Origin: Setoptus koraiensis
Lineage: Eukaryota; Animalia; Arthropoda
Assembly (NCBI GenBank): GCA_048013815.1
Contig: CM106585.1
Location: forward strand, 8,494,001-8,558,000
Direction: 5' to 3'
DNA: 64,000 nt
In this document: positions 1 to 12,400 of the stretch, in pieces
Layout: the number at the start of each line of letters is the position of its first letter
How positions within the stretch are numbered: the first letter of the stretch is position 1
The notes under the pieces: model-generated
Told to the model about the DNA's origin: nothing
The model's database searches: none
What the model saw: the letters and a program-made list of their open reading frames with translations, nothing else
Translations under genes and position numbers: made by a program

Positions 1-138
1 GCCATGTCTGAATCAATTCAAAATGTATAGGTAAATAGTCTAAGTATTTACAACCTTTATTCAGCTATTGATTCTGATGAAAAACTGAGAAGATCAACTT
101 GTAATAGATCAATAGCATGGAGTATGTTCAATCGTTTA

Positions 139-2076
139 TCATAAAACAGAATTTAATTGTATCCACACAGGGTACAATAAAGGACCAACAATAAACCCCC
201 AGTTTCCAAACAGGAAGTACTCTTCCACTAAATTTGTTATAGATTCACTTACTTGGAATGTAGAGTGCTTAATATTCTCTACTAGTTGGCGTTCTGGGAA
301 ATTGACGTAATTGAAAATTGTGACGCTCAACCACCCCAAGACTAAGGGATGAATCAACAGTAGAACTATCTTGTTAAGATTTCTAAGAAAGGGGTTTTTC
401 CGCGGCGATACCAAAATAGCGATCGGTACAATTGATAATGATAAAAATAGTGCTAGTGATATGTTGATAAGGGAAAGAATAGTCAATACAAGAGCCAGAT
501 TGAGTAATGCCGCCAGCAATCTGGGCGATGGAAGATCCGGATCTGATTGAGGTTGGCTCTTGTACAGTTGAGGAATTAGGAATGAAGTCATGATCAACGC
601 AGCAGATATCACCTCTCCTAACGTGAATTCATGTCCTAATTGAATGATGTCGGCACAAGATATTATCAATGAGGGCAACATATATAGTAGGCAGGCAAGT
701 ACCTGGGCCTTCGCGCAAGAAATCGCACCATCCCATAAATTAAACTCTGAACATGCGCTCCCATCTTTTGATTGATTTTCATTCAATCTGATGCCGTCTT
801 GGTAAATTCTCAGACTCTTTAAAACGAGGGGTATAGTCATAAGACCGAATACTATCATGTAGTAGCCTATAGATACAAATCTTCTTAGACTTGGCAATAG
901 GTAGAAATAGTAAGATCGATTGAAGCGTTCTATCAGATTGTTCAGACTCCTAAATATGCCCTCCAACAGCCGGCCAACGTTAAGAGTAGACGCGAGCAAG
1001 ACACTGTTTTTACTAGATCTCCTGAATTGTAAGCCCTCCAATGTCAATGACTGTATCGAATATTTCTGAAACAGTGCATGAGCACCATTGATTGTCATAG
1101 AGGCCTGCGTCTTCATCATGGACAAAACGCTCCGCAAGTGGCGATAATATAGTTCCTGTGTAGATAATGCAAATGGATGAGAATATCCATGGAATATCGG
1201 TGTGATTGATTCTCGCGCTGTCATTTCAACTACGAGGTTAAACAAGTCTAGATTTGGCAATTGACCGTTAAGTCCCTCAATTTTGATATTCAAGTGCTCT
1301 ATTTGTTTTCCATGCAACTCGAGATTGATTGCTGCTAGTATGGGTCCACTTCTATAATCCAACTGATCATATTGGATAGATGGAAATTTGTTGGTTGTTG
1401 TGTTGGTGTCATAGTTGACATTGTGATATGCATCAAGCCACGCCGATGTGCCATAGTTGTTGTGCTCAGTAAATAGGATTATTACATCCTTCGACCAATA
1501 GTTTCTGCTGACAAAATATTTTGCCAATGCCAGTATCAATGAGATGCCAGGTAGATTAGAGTATTGTGTGTCATGGTCGTATGTTGCACATAGTACTACA
1601 GCTTCCGATGTCTGGGCTCTTTCGGCCCTTATTATGGAATATAGATTTTGACCTCGTAACGCGAGAGGCTCGTCATTGAGTTTAGTTTTAAATTTTTGCC
1701 GATAAGTAAAATGTTGCTTGTAGGAGGCCAATCCAAAACTATTGAGCCTCTTGCTTAAATATTGAAATAGTAGCGGTGCAGTAGAGGATTTGTCTTTTTG
1801 TTGTCGGACAATTGAGTTAAGTTCCTCCAGGTAAATTTGAGCTTCATGATCGAATGAAAATTCCCTCTGAACTAATCCAGGCAACAATGAATTGTCAGAG
1901 AAATAGGTGTTCATACACATGAATTCTGATATTAGAACAAAGAATGCTCCCAATCCAATGAGGTATATTAGCAGGTATGTCATTGTGCTGATAATACTAC
2001 TGTTGCTTATGTTTGGCTTGTCACATTCTTCAGCCTTAGTGGAGTCAGGTGAACATGACCGGGAGGATGATGACAT
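139..2076 (-). CDS. GPAA1: GPI-anchor transamidase subunit GAA1, intronless, 645 aa
   Basis: Single ORF with an N-terminal TM helix and a luminal domain carrying GAA1 motifs IKIEGLNGQLPNLDLFN and LLEGIFRSLNNLIERFNRSYYFYLL, followed by a multi-TM C-terminus. Confidence 0.93.
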   Translation of the reverse strand: MSSSSRSCSPDSTKAEECDKPNISNSSIISTMTYLLIYLIGLGAFFVLISEFMCMNTYFSDNSLLPGLVQREFSFDHEAQIYLEELNSIVRQQKDKSSTAPLLFQYLSKRLNSFGLASYKQHFTYRQKFKTKLNDEPLALRGQNLYSIIRAERAQTSEAVVLCATYDHDTQYSNLPGISLILALAKYFVSRNYWSKDVIILFTEHNNYGTSAWLDAYHNVNYDTNTTTNKFPSIQYDQLDYRSGPILAAINLELHGKQIEHLNIKIEGLNGQLPNLDLFNLVVEMTARESITPIFHGYSHPFALSTQELYYRHLRSVLSMMKTQASMTINGAHALFQKYSIQSLTLEGLQFRRSSKNSVLLASTLNVGRLLEGIFRSLNNLIERFNRSYYFYLLPSLRRFVSIGYYMIVFGLMTIPLVLKSLRIYQDGIRLNENQSKDGSACSEFNLWDGAISCAKAQVLACLLYMLPSLIISCADIIQLGHEFTLGEVISAALIMTSFLIPQLYKSQPQSDPDLPSPRLLAALLNLALVLTILSLINISLALFLSLSIVPIAILVSPRKNPFLRNLNKIVLLLIHPLVLGWLSVTIFNYVNFPERQLVENIKHSTFQVSESITNLVEEYFLFGNWGFIVGPLLYPVWIQLNSVL

Positions 2077-3187
2077 GGTGTGACCGGGTGTTTGGCTATG
2101 TCGATTCTGAATAACTTGTAAAAGAAGGTTAATTTTTGACTTATCCCACTTTGTTTGTACGATCTACAGGTTCGGCGAGTTGAGTATGGCGAGCATTTCA
2201 ACCTTCAAGAGGAAAGAATAAATAACACCAGTGGAAGTAATAATTAATAAATAACAAATAATAAAGACTTTTAGCGTTTCACCTCATCTTGTAGATATTC
2301 GATGGAATTCAGTGCTGTCGCCGGGCACAATGCCGAAATTTTCCTCCCCTCAATGCTTGCGCATCGACACGGGCAATTATGCAACATGGTGGGGGAAACA
2401 TCAGTCGCATAGCAATACATGCATGTTACGTGTCCTCACATCGAATAGAGCAATCAGCTGACCACAAAGAATCTCTCTTGTTGAATGTCTCCGGTGTGAC
2501 ATAATCATCGACGCCGTCGCTGCAACCTATTTTGCCATTCTAACATTTCAAGAGGAAATATATTTAATGATGGCATGGAAATGCCGACACCTGTGAATAT
2601 CTGATGATGGGTGCATGTAAGGCCTTTGATCGGTCGTATCATCACACGTGATTGTTCTGCTATAGAAACTTTGTCGATATATATGCTGTACCTAAAATGC
2701 ATCCAACACAATTAAAGGTTGCTCAGCCTACTAGTCGAATGGTAACTTTTCCAGTTTCCAACTCTAATTGAATGGTTCACATAGATCTAAATAATGATCG
2801 ACAGATTGATGCAGCAATCAGCGATTCGCTACGAAATAACGCTGGTGTTTTCATTGGCGTTTTGGCCTGCAATCAAGTGGCTCATATTATTTACAAACTC
2901 ATGGCGAGATGCCACTGATCCAGTAGAGATGGAAAAGAAACGTCTATGGATGGAGCGTGGGCAAAAGAATGATAAGCAAGAATCAAAGGTATTACGCTTA
3001 CGATCATTGAATCTAGTTAGTTGACTGAATCGAATGATCGAGTGCTAAGATTTTATTCTATTGTTACTAGATAATAAAAATTCAATCGTGGGTGCAATCA
3101 GAATATTCTCCTCGTCCGGTCATCCAGGTGATGCCTAGTTTCTCGAGCTCATGTTCGCTCAGATGACAGATATTCTTGACTGTCATT

Positions 3188-5086
3188 CTAACTTTCGGCA
3201 TTGTCAACCTGTTTTGCCCCACCAAATTGGTTAGTAACTGCAGCCAAATCAGTTCGTCTATCGGGCTCTTCGCTATCTACACTATCCCTTAGTTCACAAC
3301 CTTTAGTTTCTTTCACATACACTGATGTCAAAATGGCCGCTGACAACGCTGGAAAACTAAATATGAGCAACAGTCTATCCAGTCCGATGATGTCCTCTGA
3401 CATAGCCCAAACAAATGGCGCTAATAGTGCTCCTAATTTGCCTAAAGTATCACATAAACCGCCCCCTGTCTGCCTTATTTCCGTTGGGAATGTCTCAAAT
3501 GCCACTAGGCATGTTATCGTTGATACAGTTGATTGAGCAAACTTTGCCACTGCCAGTAGCCAGACAGATGAGTTAGAATCGACATGAGTTAGTGAGAGAG
3601 CAAAACACAATCCTGATATTAATAACCAGAATGTTACCATAGAATATTTTCTCGGGGCAAATGTCAACAAGATGCAGGCGGCAAATGCAGCGGATATTTC
3701 CATTAGACCACCTAGTATAAAATTGAGAATAACATCCTCGCCAACCTCGAGATTAATATGTATAAATGATGCATACAACAGCTCTGAATTAAATATTGTC
3801 CACGAGAGGGTCAATGTAACTGGTAACATTGGGCCCGAACTTAGTTGCCGCAACTTTGTGATGCAATGAAACTTTGATGTCATTCCAACACAATCTTGTA
3901 GTCTATTTTCATCATCGAAATTAATCTTGTAATATCTTTTGCCGGTTGTATTCTCTAATGGCATATTCTGTGGCTCCACTGATATGATATTTGATTGTCC
4001 GTTAATTTGTGTCAATGCCACGTCTCCGATCAGGCTACCGTGTTCATCTTGTCCGGAAGAGAGGTCCCTAGAGTCGTACTGACTAGTTAACATGTCGAAG
4101 CGCTCATCGAAAGATTTTGTGTTCATTTTGATTGGTCGCACTGTCCATTTTCTAATTCTTCGAATTTCCACCCGTGCCTCATGAAATTTTTTGTTAGCCA
4201 ATAGCCATCTCAGCGATTCTTTGCTAAAAATAAGCCAAGGTATAGTGATTACATGGCAAATGACTGTGATCATCATAACTAATTGAAAATCCTCAAAGTA
4301 GGCTACAATCCAGGGCATGACCATAACTCCCATTGCCCAGCCAACATTAACTATAACCACTGAGATACCGCGATAGCGTGATCCTATTGTCTCTACCATT
4401 GTGGTTGACAGAGACATGGCAATCCCCAAGTCACTGAATGTACTTATCGATCTAGATAGTACAAATATCCAATAATTTGGGGAAAACGAGGCTATAGTAC
4501 CAAACACAAGTGACAACGATATGCACAACTTTTGCGCGTGATACCTTCCGTACTGGTCTGAGAAGGTTCCCCAAAAAATATGAGCTAAAACAATTCCGGC
4601 AAAAACCAACGTTTGATATAACGATCTCAACCAATCACGTGAACAAACTAAATCATATACGCTGGTCATAGTTCGTCCTTGATCAACAGCTTCGTCATAT
4701 GTCCAGTTAGAGCATTGATATGTGCTACTATTATTGATAAATGAATATGATGATGAAGCTTTAGTCAGTGTCAATAGATTATCTGATGATATTTTCTTTG
4801 GGTCATAAGTTATTTGGCATGCATCATTCAAAACATTTGATATCGCCAGAGATCTCTGGCTATCCTCTTTGATTTGTGTAAGATTGGGCAAAATTGTGTA
4901 CAATAATGGTTTTGGGACCTCACACCAAAATTGTACTTCAGGTGCTATGAGGGGGCCGACGTTGCTCATCATAGCCACCAGAATATAGCGAATAAATGTG
5001 ATCAATATTAACGAAAGCTGGTATATTCCCATTTCACCAATAAAATCCGTTACTTGGATTTTCCTATCCTTTTTTGAGTTCTCCAT
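3188..5086 (-). CDS. MFS solute carrier, SLC22/organic cation transporter (Orct-like) family, intronless, 632 aa
   Basis: Cys-containing large first extracellular loop ending in YDLVCSRDWL; MFS motif A-like GTFSDQYGR; C-terminal FETFPTEIRQTGGG; about 12 hydrophobic segments. Confidence 0.9.
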   Translation of the reverse strand: MENSKKDRKIQVTDFIGEMGIYQLSLILITFIRYILVAMMSNVGPLIAPEVQFWCEVPKPLLYTILPNLTQIKEDSQRSLAISNVLNDACQITYDPKKISSDNLLTLTKASSSYSFINNSSTYQCSNWTYDEAVDQGRTMTSVYDLVCSRDWLRSLYQTLVFAGIVLAHIFWGTFSDQYGRYHAQKLCISLSLVFGTIASFSPNYWIFVLSRSISTFSDLGIAMSLSTTMVETIGSRYRGISVVIVNVGWAMGVMVMPWIVAYFEDFQLVMMITVICHVITIPWLIFSKESLRWLLANKKFHEARVEIRRIRKWTVRPIKMNTKSFDERFDMLTSQYDSRDLSSGQDEHGSLIGDVALTQINGQSNIISVEPQNMPLENTTGKRYYKINFDDENRLQDCVGMTSKFHCITKLRQLSSGPMLPVTLTLSWTIFNSELLYASFIHINLEVGEDVILNFILGGLMEISAAFAACILLTFAPRKYSMVTFWLLISGLCFALSLTHVDSNSSVWLLAVAKFAQSTVSTITCLVAFETFPTEIRQTGGGLCDTLGKLGALLAPFVWAMSEDIIGLDRLLLIFSFPALSAAILTSVYVKETKGCELRDSVDSEEPDRRTDLAAVTNQFGGAKQVDNAES

Positions 5087-6613
5087 TTTCGTTTTGGAAT
5101 CCTATTATTGGCCTTCGTTAGAGTTGTTTTCCACGCTTTTCCCGTTAATGGTTCGAAAAATCATTTACGGACTTTTCATTGGATTTTCGGTTGCGTCAGA
5201 AAATACATGATTGAATTGTATGCCTTGATTTACAGTTGATGATCTAATTGCATAACAACAATTGATATTAAATGTTCACTATTTATGATAGCAATACAAT
5301 TTGAATGAATATGTGGACACAAAACATTGTGAGATTACAGATCACACTTTGAACATCCTCTTTATTTGATTAGTCGACAAGTTATGTTATCACTGCGATT
5401 ATCACTTTGTCTTCTCAGAGATGTATCAATTCTCCCGCTCCAGAACTACACCAGTCACCCTATGCTATCTTGATCGAAATCAATTTCTCAACGGAGAGTA
5501 CCGACTATGAGGATTGGAACATTTTGATCAATCCTTAGACCTCATGATCAGATCAAAGAAAAAAAAACAAAGCACCAGCAATTTCTATCCCCACATTGTT
5601 CATCTTCGCAAACAACATTGGTAACACATTCATCTATTGTACTAATATCCTTGTCAGAATAATCAAGTTTTTTATCATCAATAATCGTGACGAGTTGAAT
5701 GCCTTGCAAGATAATATCAGTTCATAGAGTAGAATAGACGAATGAATGGACAGTTTACTTGATTCTAGATTTCAATATCAATTGATCTCATAATTTCATC
5801 AAACATATTCATGGACAAATGCACACATTATTCATCTTTGTTCTCCTTGCAGTTTGTGAATAATACATAGTTAGTGCGGATCAATCATTTGTGAAAAGTC
5901 TCTGTTCCCATAATCACTAACAAGCACAAAGTTGTATCTCCGTGATCATTTCACTGATCAATTTCCCCATTTGTTTACTATTGACGGATAGATGATGTAT
6001 CAGGAGTCTAGATATCTTATCTATGACTAGCAATAAAGTTGAATGCGATTGTTATCTGGAGTTGCAATGAATGCTCGTAGTAGTTTTGTGTCTAATAATT
6101 ACTGTCTAGGGTATATGGTAATGTTGGAAAAACTTATCCATTGTGTCCACTAAAACTAAGTGTATCACTAATGAGTGGGAGAATAATCAAGACACTCATA
6201 CAGTCCATTACAGGGCTCTATTTTCAGAAGAGAAGCATTCAAGTTTGCCACCAGGTCGAAGTAGCATATGATGCTTTTTCGGCATCTAAGTGAACGAGGC
6301 ATATAAAGTTGGTTGTCGACTATCTAACCTGATAGCTATCAGCTATCTGCATTTCGTCATTCAAAATAAAAAGACTCATCTAGCATGATAGGACGCCATT
6401 TAGAATGATCTGTCAAGAGTTGTCTTTTTTGTTTTAAGTTTCGCACGTTTCTACTTGAAGAACGACATTACTATCGAATATGTCCCTATACTAAATCGAC
6501 AAATGTCGCCGAGACTGTGAATCCAATGAGAAGACGAGTACTAATTACACTAAAAAAACTTCAGAGGAATGGAACAGTTATGAGAGTTCTTTTGTGCTGA
6601 TGTGATAGTATAA

Positions 6614-7768
6614 TCAATTTGTTTTTTTAGTATTATGCTTGGGCTTAACGTCTACATAAGCATCAGGATTGCGCATTATCTTATGTGACAACTTGACAAA
6701 GTCAACATAGGCGAAACTTTTGGGTCCCTTATAAACTCGAGACATTGTTGGATCGCTGAGCTTGCTGCACTTTTGCTCGATGTGATTATTAAATAAAAAC
6801 ACGAATCTATTAATGATATTCGATTTGGCTTCCGACCTGACAGCAAACACAATGTCAGTGCGATATTTGTCTGAATCAAACCATTTGCAACGCTCATAAT
6901 CAGGTATTTTCGCAGGCCAAGTAAATGCCTCCATTTTATTATACCAATAAGGCGCTAACCACAGTAATTTTTTAATCTCTGAATCGCCTAGCATATCCTT
7001 GGCTTGCTTATATACTATTATGTTGCCTATATTTTCAGAGATCAAATTAAACGTATCTATATGATTTGTTTTGTCCTTCTTAGATACGCTTCTCAATGTT
7101 GTAGCTTTATCTATTATAGCAAGAATCTCAGGATATAATTTTTTATCTAGATTTTGGATTGTCGTCTTCAGCTGAAACAAATTTTGCATCATTGCATACA
7201 AGTTAACAGCCGTCAATAAGGCGGGTTTCTTCAGTAGTTTACACACTTCACCGACAGTCTTGACAGCTTTCTGAGCTTTTTCTATTGTGAGAGCCTGATT
7301 GAGAGCACCATCGCTGGCCTCCAATAAATTACATTTATAAATGGAAGTAGAAAACTTGTCGTTGCTACCGAATAACTCTTTAGCAACTTGCCTAAGTCTG
7401 TTGGCCTTGTCCACCATGCAAATACATTCGGGATGACCCGACATGGACTTATCAGAATCTGTGTGGATGTAGTTTGTTTTGCTTGATGGTAGTAGTAGTT
7501 TGTTTATGCGAATTTTGTAATCCATCAATAAGTGTGATCTGACACATTGGTCCCTGCACCAATTCTCAAGACTGTCTCTAGTTTTCATAGCAATAATCTC
7601 TTGAATTGAAGGAATAAAGGAGTACGCTAATGACTTGATGGCCGACACTTGAGTTGACTTTGTCAATAACACAATGCTGCAAACAAACATCGTGGCCACT
7701 GTTACATAATATGATTTAAATCTAAACACGGGACAGAATTTCCTATTTTTCCTGTTTGACTTTGTCAT
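6614..7768 (-). CDS. Uncharacterised protein (384 aa from first ATG 7768; 358 aa from ATG 7690), possibly secreted
   Basis: Uninterrupted 1.2-kb ORF in AT-rich DNA. The hydrophobic segment MFVCSIVLLTKSTQVSA resembles a signal peptide. Several Cys; no recognisable family motif. Confidence 0.6.
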   Translation of the reverse strand: MTKSNRKNRKFCPVFRFKSYYVTVATMFVCSIVLLTKSTQVSAIKSLAYSFIPSIQEIIAMKTRDSLENWCRDQCVRSHLLMDYKIRINKLLLPSSKTNYIHTDSDKSMSGHPECICMVDKANRLRQVAKELFGSNDKFSTSIYKCNLLEASDGALNQALTIEKAQKAVKTVGEVCKLLKKPALLTAVNLYAMMQNLFQLKTTIQNLDKKLYPEILAIIDKATTLRSVSKKDKTNHIDTFNLISENIGNIIVYKQAKDMLGDSEIKKLLWLAPYWYNKMEAFTWPAKIPDYERCKWFDSDKYRTDIVFAVRSEAKSNIINRFVFLFNNHIEQKCSKLSDPTMSRVYKGPKSFAYVDFVKLSHKIMRNPDAYVDVKPKHNTKKTN

Positions 7769-8718
7769 GGTGCTGACCTGATTGGCTTGGCAGACAATCG
7801 AATTAATCAGTAATAGTTTTCTCAAACGAAAGAGATGTTATTCGAGCAGGCAAAACACATGCCGAATAGTTAGATTTACTCTTTTCTGGCAATAGTGAGC
7901 AATTAACAATAAAGAGGGATCTCATCTTCTTGTTATTTTCATATAGTGTTAGGCTTAACACGCAATAGCTACTCACCTGACACCATTCTATTACTTTTGT
8001 ACCCTAACATGAGGCAAAGGTTTGGATGGAATATTTTTAGATCTAATAGAAAATGGATGTATGTACTCAAAGGTTTAGCCACAATTGTATCGAAAGTTGT
8101 TGTTTTATCTCATAAGAATTTGGAGAACAGAAGAAAGCGGGAGAACGCGACAGTACGAGCTGATTGGGAGTCGCATCCCTATTATCATTTTGGGACCACT
8201 GTTCCATAGTCATCGATCTTACTGGATTTTTATCGAAACACTATATCATACTCAAGAGTCAAGCTAGTTATGGAGGTTAGTTCACTCACTGGCATGCACA
8301 ATAGAAACTATTTATATTCTGGCTTATAACCGTAATCGTACCAATTCATGTGTGACGTCCCAATCAATGATCAATACTATGAGCAGCAACAATAGTGTGA
8401 ATGAAAATAGAATAGATGATTCAAGTGTTAAATCTGAACTTCGTTCAATCTTCACCTATGGAAAATTTTAATCAACTTCTAGATGAGCAAACAATCAAAT
8501 ATAATATTATTATTACTTTCTACACAAGCGATTAATGATTCACGAAAGTATTGACCTTAATTGATTGATTGAGTGAATAACTTATTTGAACCAATGTTGA
8601 TATAACTATCTTCCGATTGACCATTTCCAATAATCGATGAATTCTATCACATCACTACTTATGATTATCATTTCTGACTGAATGGTTGAAGATTGTGATA
8701 TATCGTAAATGTCATACA

Positions 8719-10161
<1,443 letters not shown>

Positions 10162-10731
10162 TTAAACGAATAATTGTATCATAGGAGGTTCGCCAAGAAT
10201 CCAAATGGAATCGGAGCACAAATCTAAATGATTATATCAATTAATATATAATAATAGCTACTTGAAGATATTTATATCGATGTATTGATAGTAAGTGATA
10301 ATAATGATTGAAGAAAGGGATTCTATTCATACAATAACAACAATTGAGAGATTCAGCTAAACGAATTGTTGTCGATAGCAATTGTCTACACTATTAGTAT
10401 GTATTAGTACGGAAATTTGTGATGATGAAGTAGCTGATTTGTACAGGGAGATGATGATGTCTGGGATGGATATAGACACAGGTCTTTGAATCAAATTAAT
10501 GCCATTGTAATAAATGATTATACGGATACCCACGGCCACGGTACAGGATCATTTTTTTTATTATTTTCGCATTTGGATGACTATTTTTCGCGAATACTTT
10601 GTGAATATTGTGTGTGTGTGGGTTCATAGGGTGTTCTTCTGTTAGGCAAGCGAGATGCAGAACAATCCATATTCCGAGTGAATCTTGTGCCGTCTGTTAT
10701 TTTCAGTGCAATTCCTCTGTGGAGATGCGTT

Positions 10732-11174
10732 TGTCATGCCCGTCTACCAATACCCGACCGCACACGCCCATTCTCACTCATACCCAGTATCCGCATGATA
10801 TGAGTACGTGCGGTACTTACATCGATTTCATGTAAGGATGCAATCTATTGATGTCGAAAACATTGCTACATCATCCCATGCTTAAGTGGACACAAAATGT
10901 CCGATTGGTTCATGAGAATTACGTACGCAAAAACACCTTAGTGATATTCGATACATTACACATCTAGCTCTCGATCGATACGCACTTAAAAATAAATCTA
11001 CATTGAAATTAATCAATCACGTAAAATAGAAAATTATTATATTGCAAATTACCTTAATTAATAGCTGCTAAACATATTTGTCCAATCAGATCATAAAATT
11101 CTAAGTCCCACTACCCACACGCGGTACCTTTTTATTCACGTCGTACCCGAACTTCTCTGCTGTTCGGCACGACA
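10732..11174 (+). repeat. 5' LTR (443 bp)
   Basis: Starts TGTCATG and ends CACGACA (imperfect terminal inverted repeat). Direct repeat of 19579-20021 differing at 10778, 11075, 11087, 11107, 11118 and 11132. Confidence 0.97.
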
Positions 11175-11176
11175 TT

Positions 11177-11194
11177 TGGTAGCAGAGCGTGGTT
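11177..11194 (+). promoter_or_regulatory. Primer-binding site, tRNA-iMet type
   Basis: TGGTAGCAGAGCGTGGTT starts 2 nt after the 5' LTR. TGGTAGCAGAG is complementary to the conserved 3' end (CUCUGCUACCA) of animal initiator tRNA-Met. The full 18-nt match depends on this species' tRNA-iMet, which is not in the window. Confidence 0.8.
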
Positions 11195-11261
11195 AGCTAC
11201 ACGGTCCGAATAAAATAACCAGAAATACCTCAAAAAGAAGATAAATATCATCAAGCTCATC

Positions 11262-12383
11262 ATGTCCAACGACACCTTTGTAAATCTCTCCGAAACCGCT
11301 ATCAATGATTTGGCCTCGGCCTTCAACCAGAATCAGACACTTCTATTGTCCAACTTGCCTCGTTTTGGCGGTTACAAAGACGAGAACGCCACCGAATTCC
11401 TGAGAGAATATAAGAATAAATTGATAACAGCGACCGATAAGATGCGATGTCTTGGATTCCGAGTTGCACTGACAGGCCCAGCATTGGTCTGGTCAAAAAC
11501 TCATCTAAAGAACGATATTGCGAATAGCGATTGGACAACAGTGAAGAAGAAGTTTAATCAACGATTTTGCGCTGATCAAACTGAATATAAATACCAGAAT
11601 AAGCTAGATTCAATGAACTACAATCCAGAAGGAAAACTGTCAATTACTTCGTTCGTTGAAGAGTTTATCGATGCGTATAAAAAAGTGAATCCTTCTACGG
11701 TCTGCAATGAAGAGTACGAGAAGCGCATAATACGAGCTGCGTATAATCGACTTCCTGATACCGTCAAAGGTCAGTTGAATTCAATTTCAAAGCTAACCGA
11801 TCTTAGATCGACCAGCGACTTCATCAAAGAAATTCAACACTATGAGAATGAAGTCGAGAGATACATTAAACAAGACAGCAAACCGGACCCCAAGTCCATG
11901 CTCGAGATAATCTCAGCGATGCAAGAACACAACACAAAAGCTCTAAAACAGGATATCCAAGACTTAAAGAAAGCCATCGCCTCACCAGCAGTATACGGAG
12001 CCGCTGGTCGTCAGGATTATCCCAGACCGAACTATCCTAAGATGCGTGACGGAAACTCCGACAGAAAATATAAGAAACCGTATCGACATTTCGACAGGAA
12101 TGTCCGTGGCAGATACGAAAACAATCAGCACCGCTACAACCGATATGAGCAACAACCTTTTCAATGTAGACAAATCGATCAAGCCCCGGCGCAGCTGGCA
12201 TTAAAATCAGAGGTACATAAAGTCACATCTCCCGAGACAGACAAGAACAGTCCTGCCATAATCGAGTATGAACGTATTCATGGCAAAGTTCCTGCACCTT
12301 GCAAATACTGTGAACAACATCACTTCAACCGACACTGCCCGTATAATCCAGAGAATTTAAAAGAACAGGGGTGCTCGAAATAA
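11262..12383 (+). CDS. gag: Retrotransposon Gag, 373 aa
   Basis: First ORF after the PBS; retrotransposon capsid-like region (LPRFGG...ATEFLREY...ALTGPALVW); basic/Gln-rich region; zinc knuckle CKYCEQHHFNRHC (CX2CX3HX4C). Confidence 0.9.
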   Translation: MSNDTFVNLSETAINDLASAFNQNQTLLLSNLPRFGGYKDENATEFLREYKNKLITATDKMRCLGFRVALTGPALVWSKTHLKNDIANSDWTTVKKKFNQRFCADQTEYKYQNKLDSMNYNPEGKLSITSFVEEFIDAYKKVNPSTVCNEEYEKRIIRAAYNRLPDTVKGQLNSISKLTDLRSTSDFIKEIQHYENEVERYIKQDSKPDPKSMLEIISAMQEHNTKALKQDIQDLKKAIASPAVYGAAGRQDYPRPNYPKMRDGNSDRKYKKPYRHFDRNVRGRYENNQHRYNRYEQQPFQCRQIDQAPAQLALKSEVHKVTSPETDKNSPAIIEYERIHGKVPAPCKYCEQHHFNRHCPYNPENLKEQGCSK

Positions 12384-12400
12384 GAGACGATTCAGCACCC
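12356..12400 (+). promoter_or_regulatory. -1 programmed ribosomal frameshift signal (slippery heptamer + stem-loop)
   Basis: T TTA AAA at 12356-12362 in the gag frame. After a 6-nt spacer, GGGTGCT (12369-12375) pairs with AGCACCC (12394-12400). The pol frame is -1 relative to gag and is open only from 12347. Confidence 0.85.

Noticed and set aside
2794-3024. 76-aa ORF with one hydrophobic segment
   Set aside because: Short with no recognisable family; cannot be distinguished from chance without expression data.
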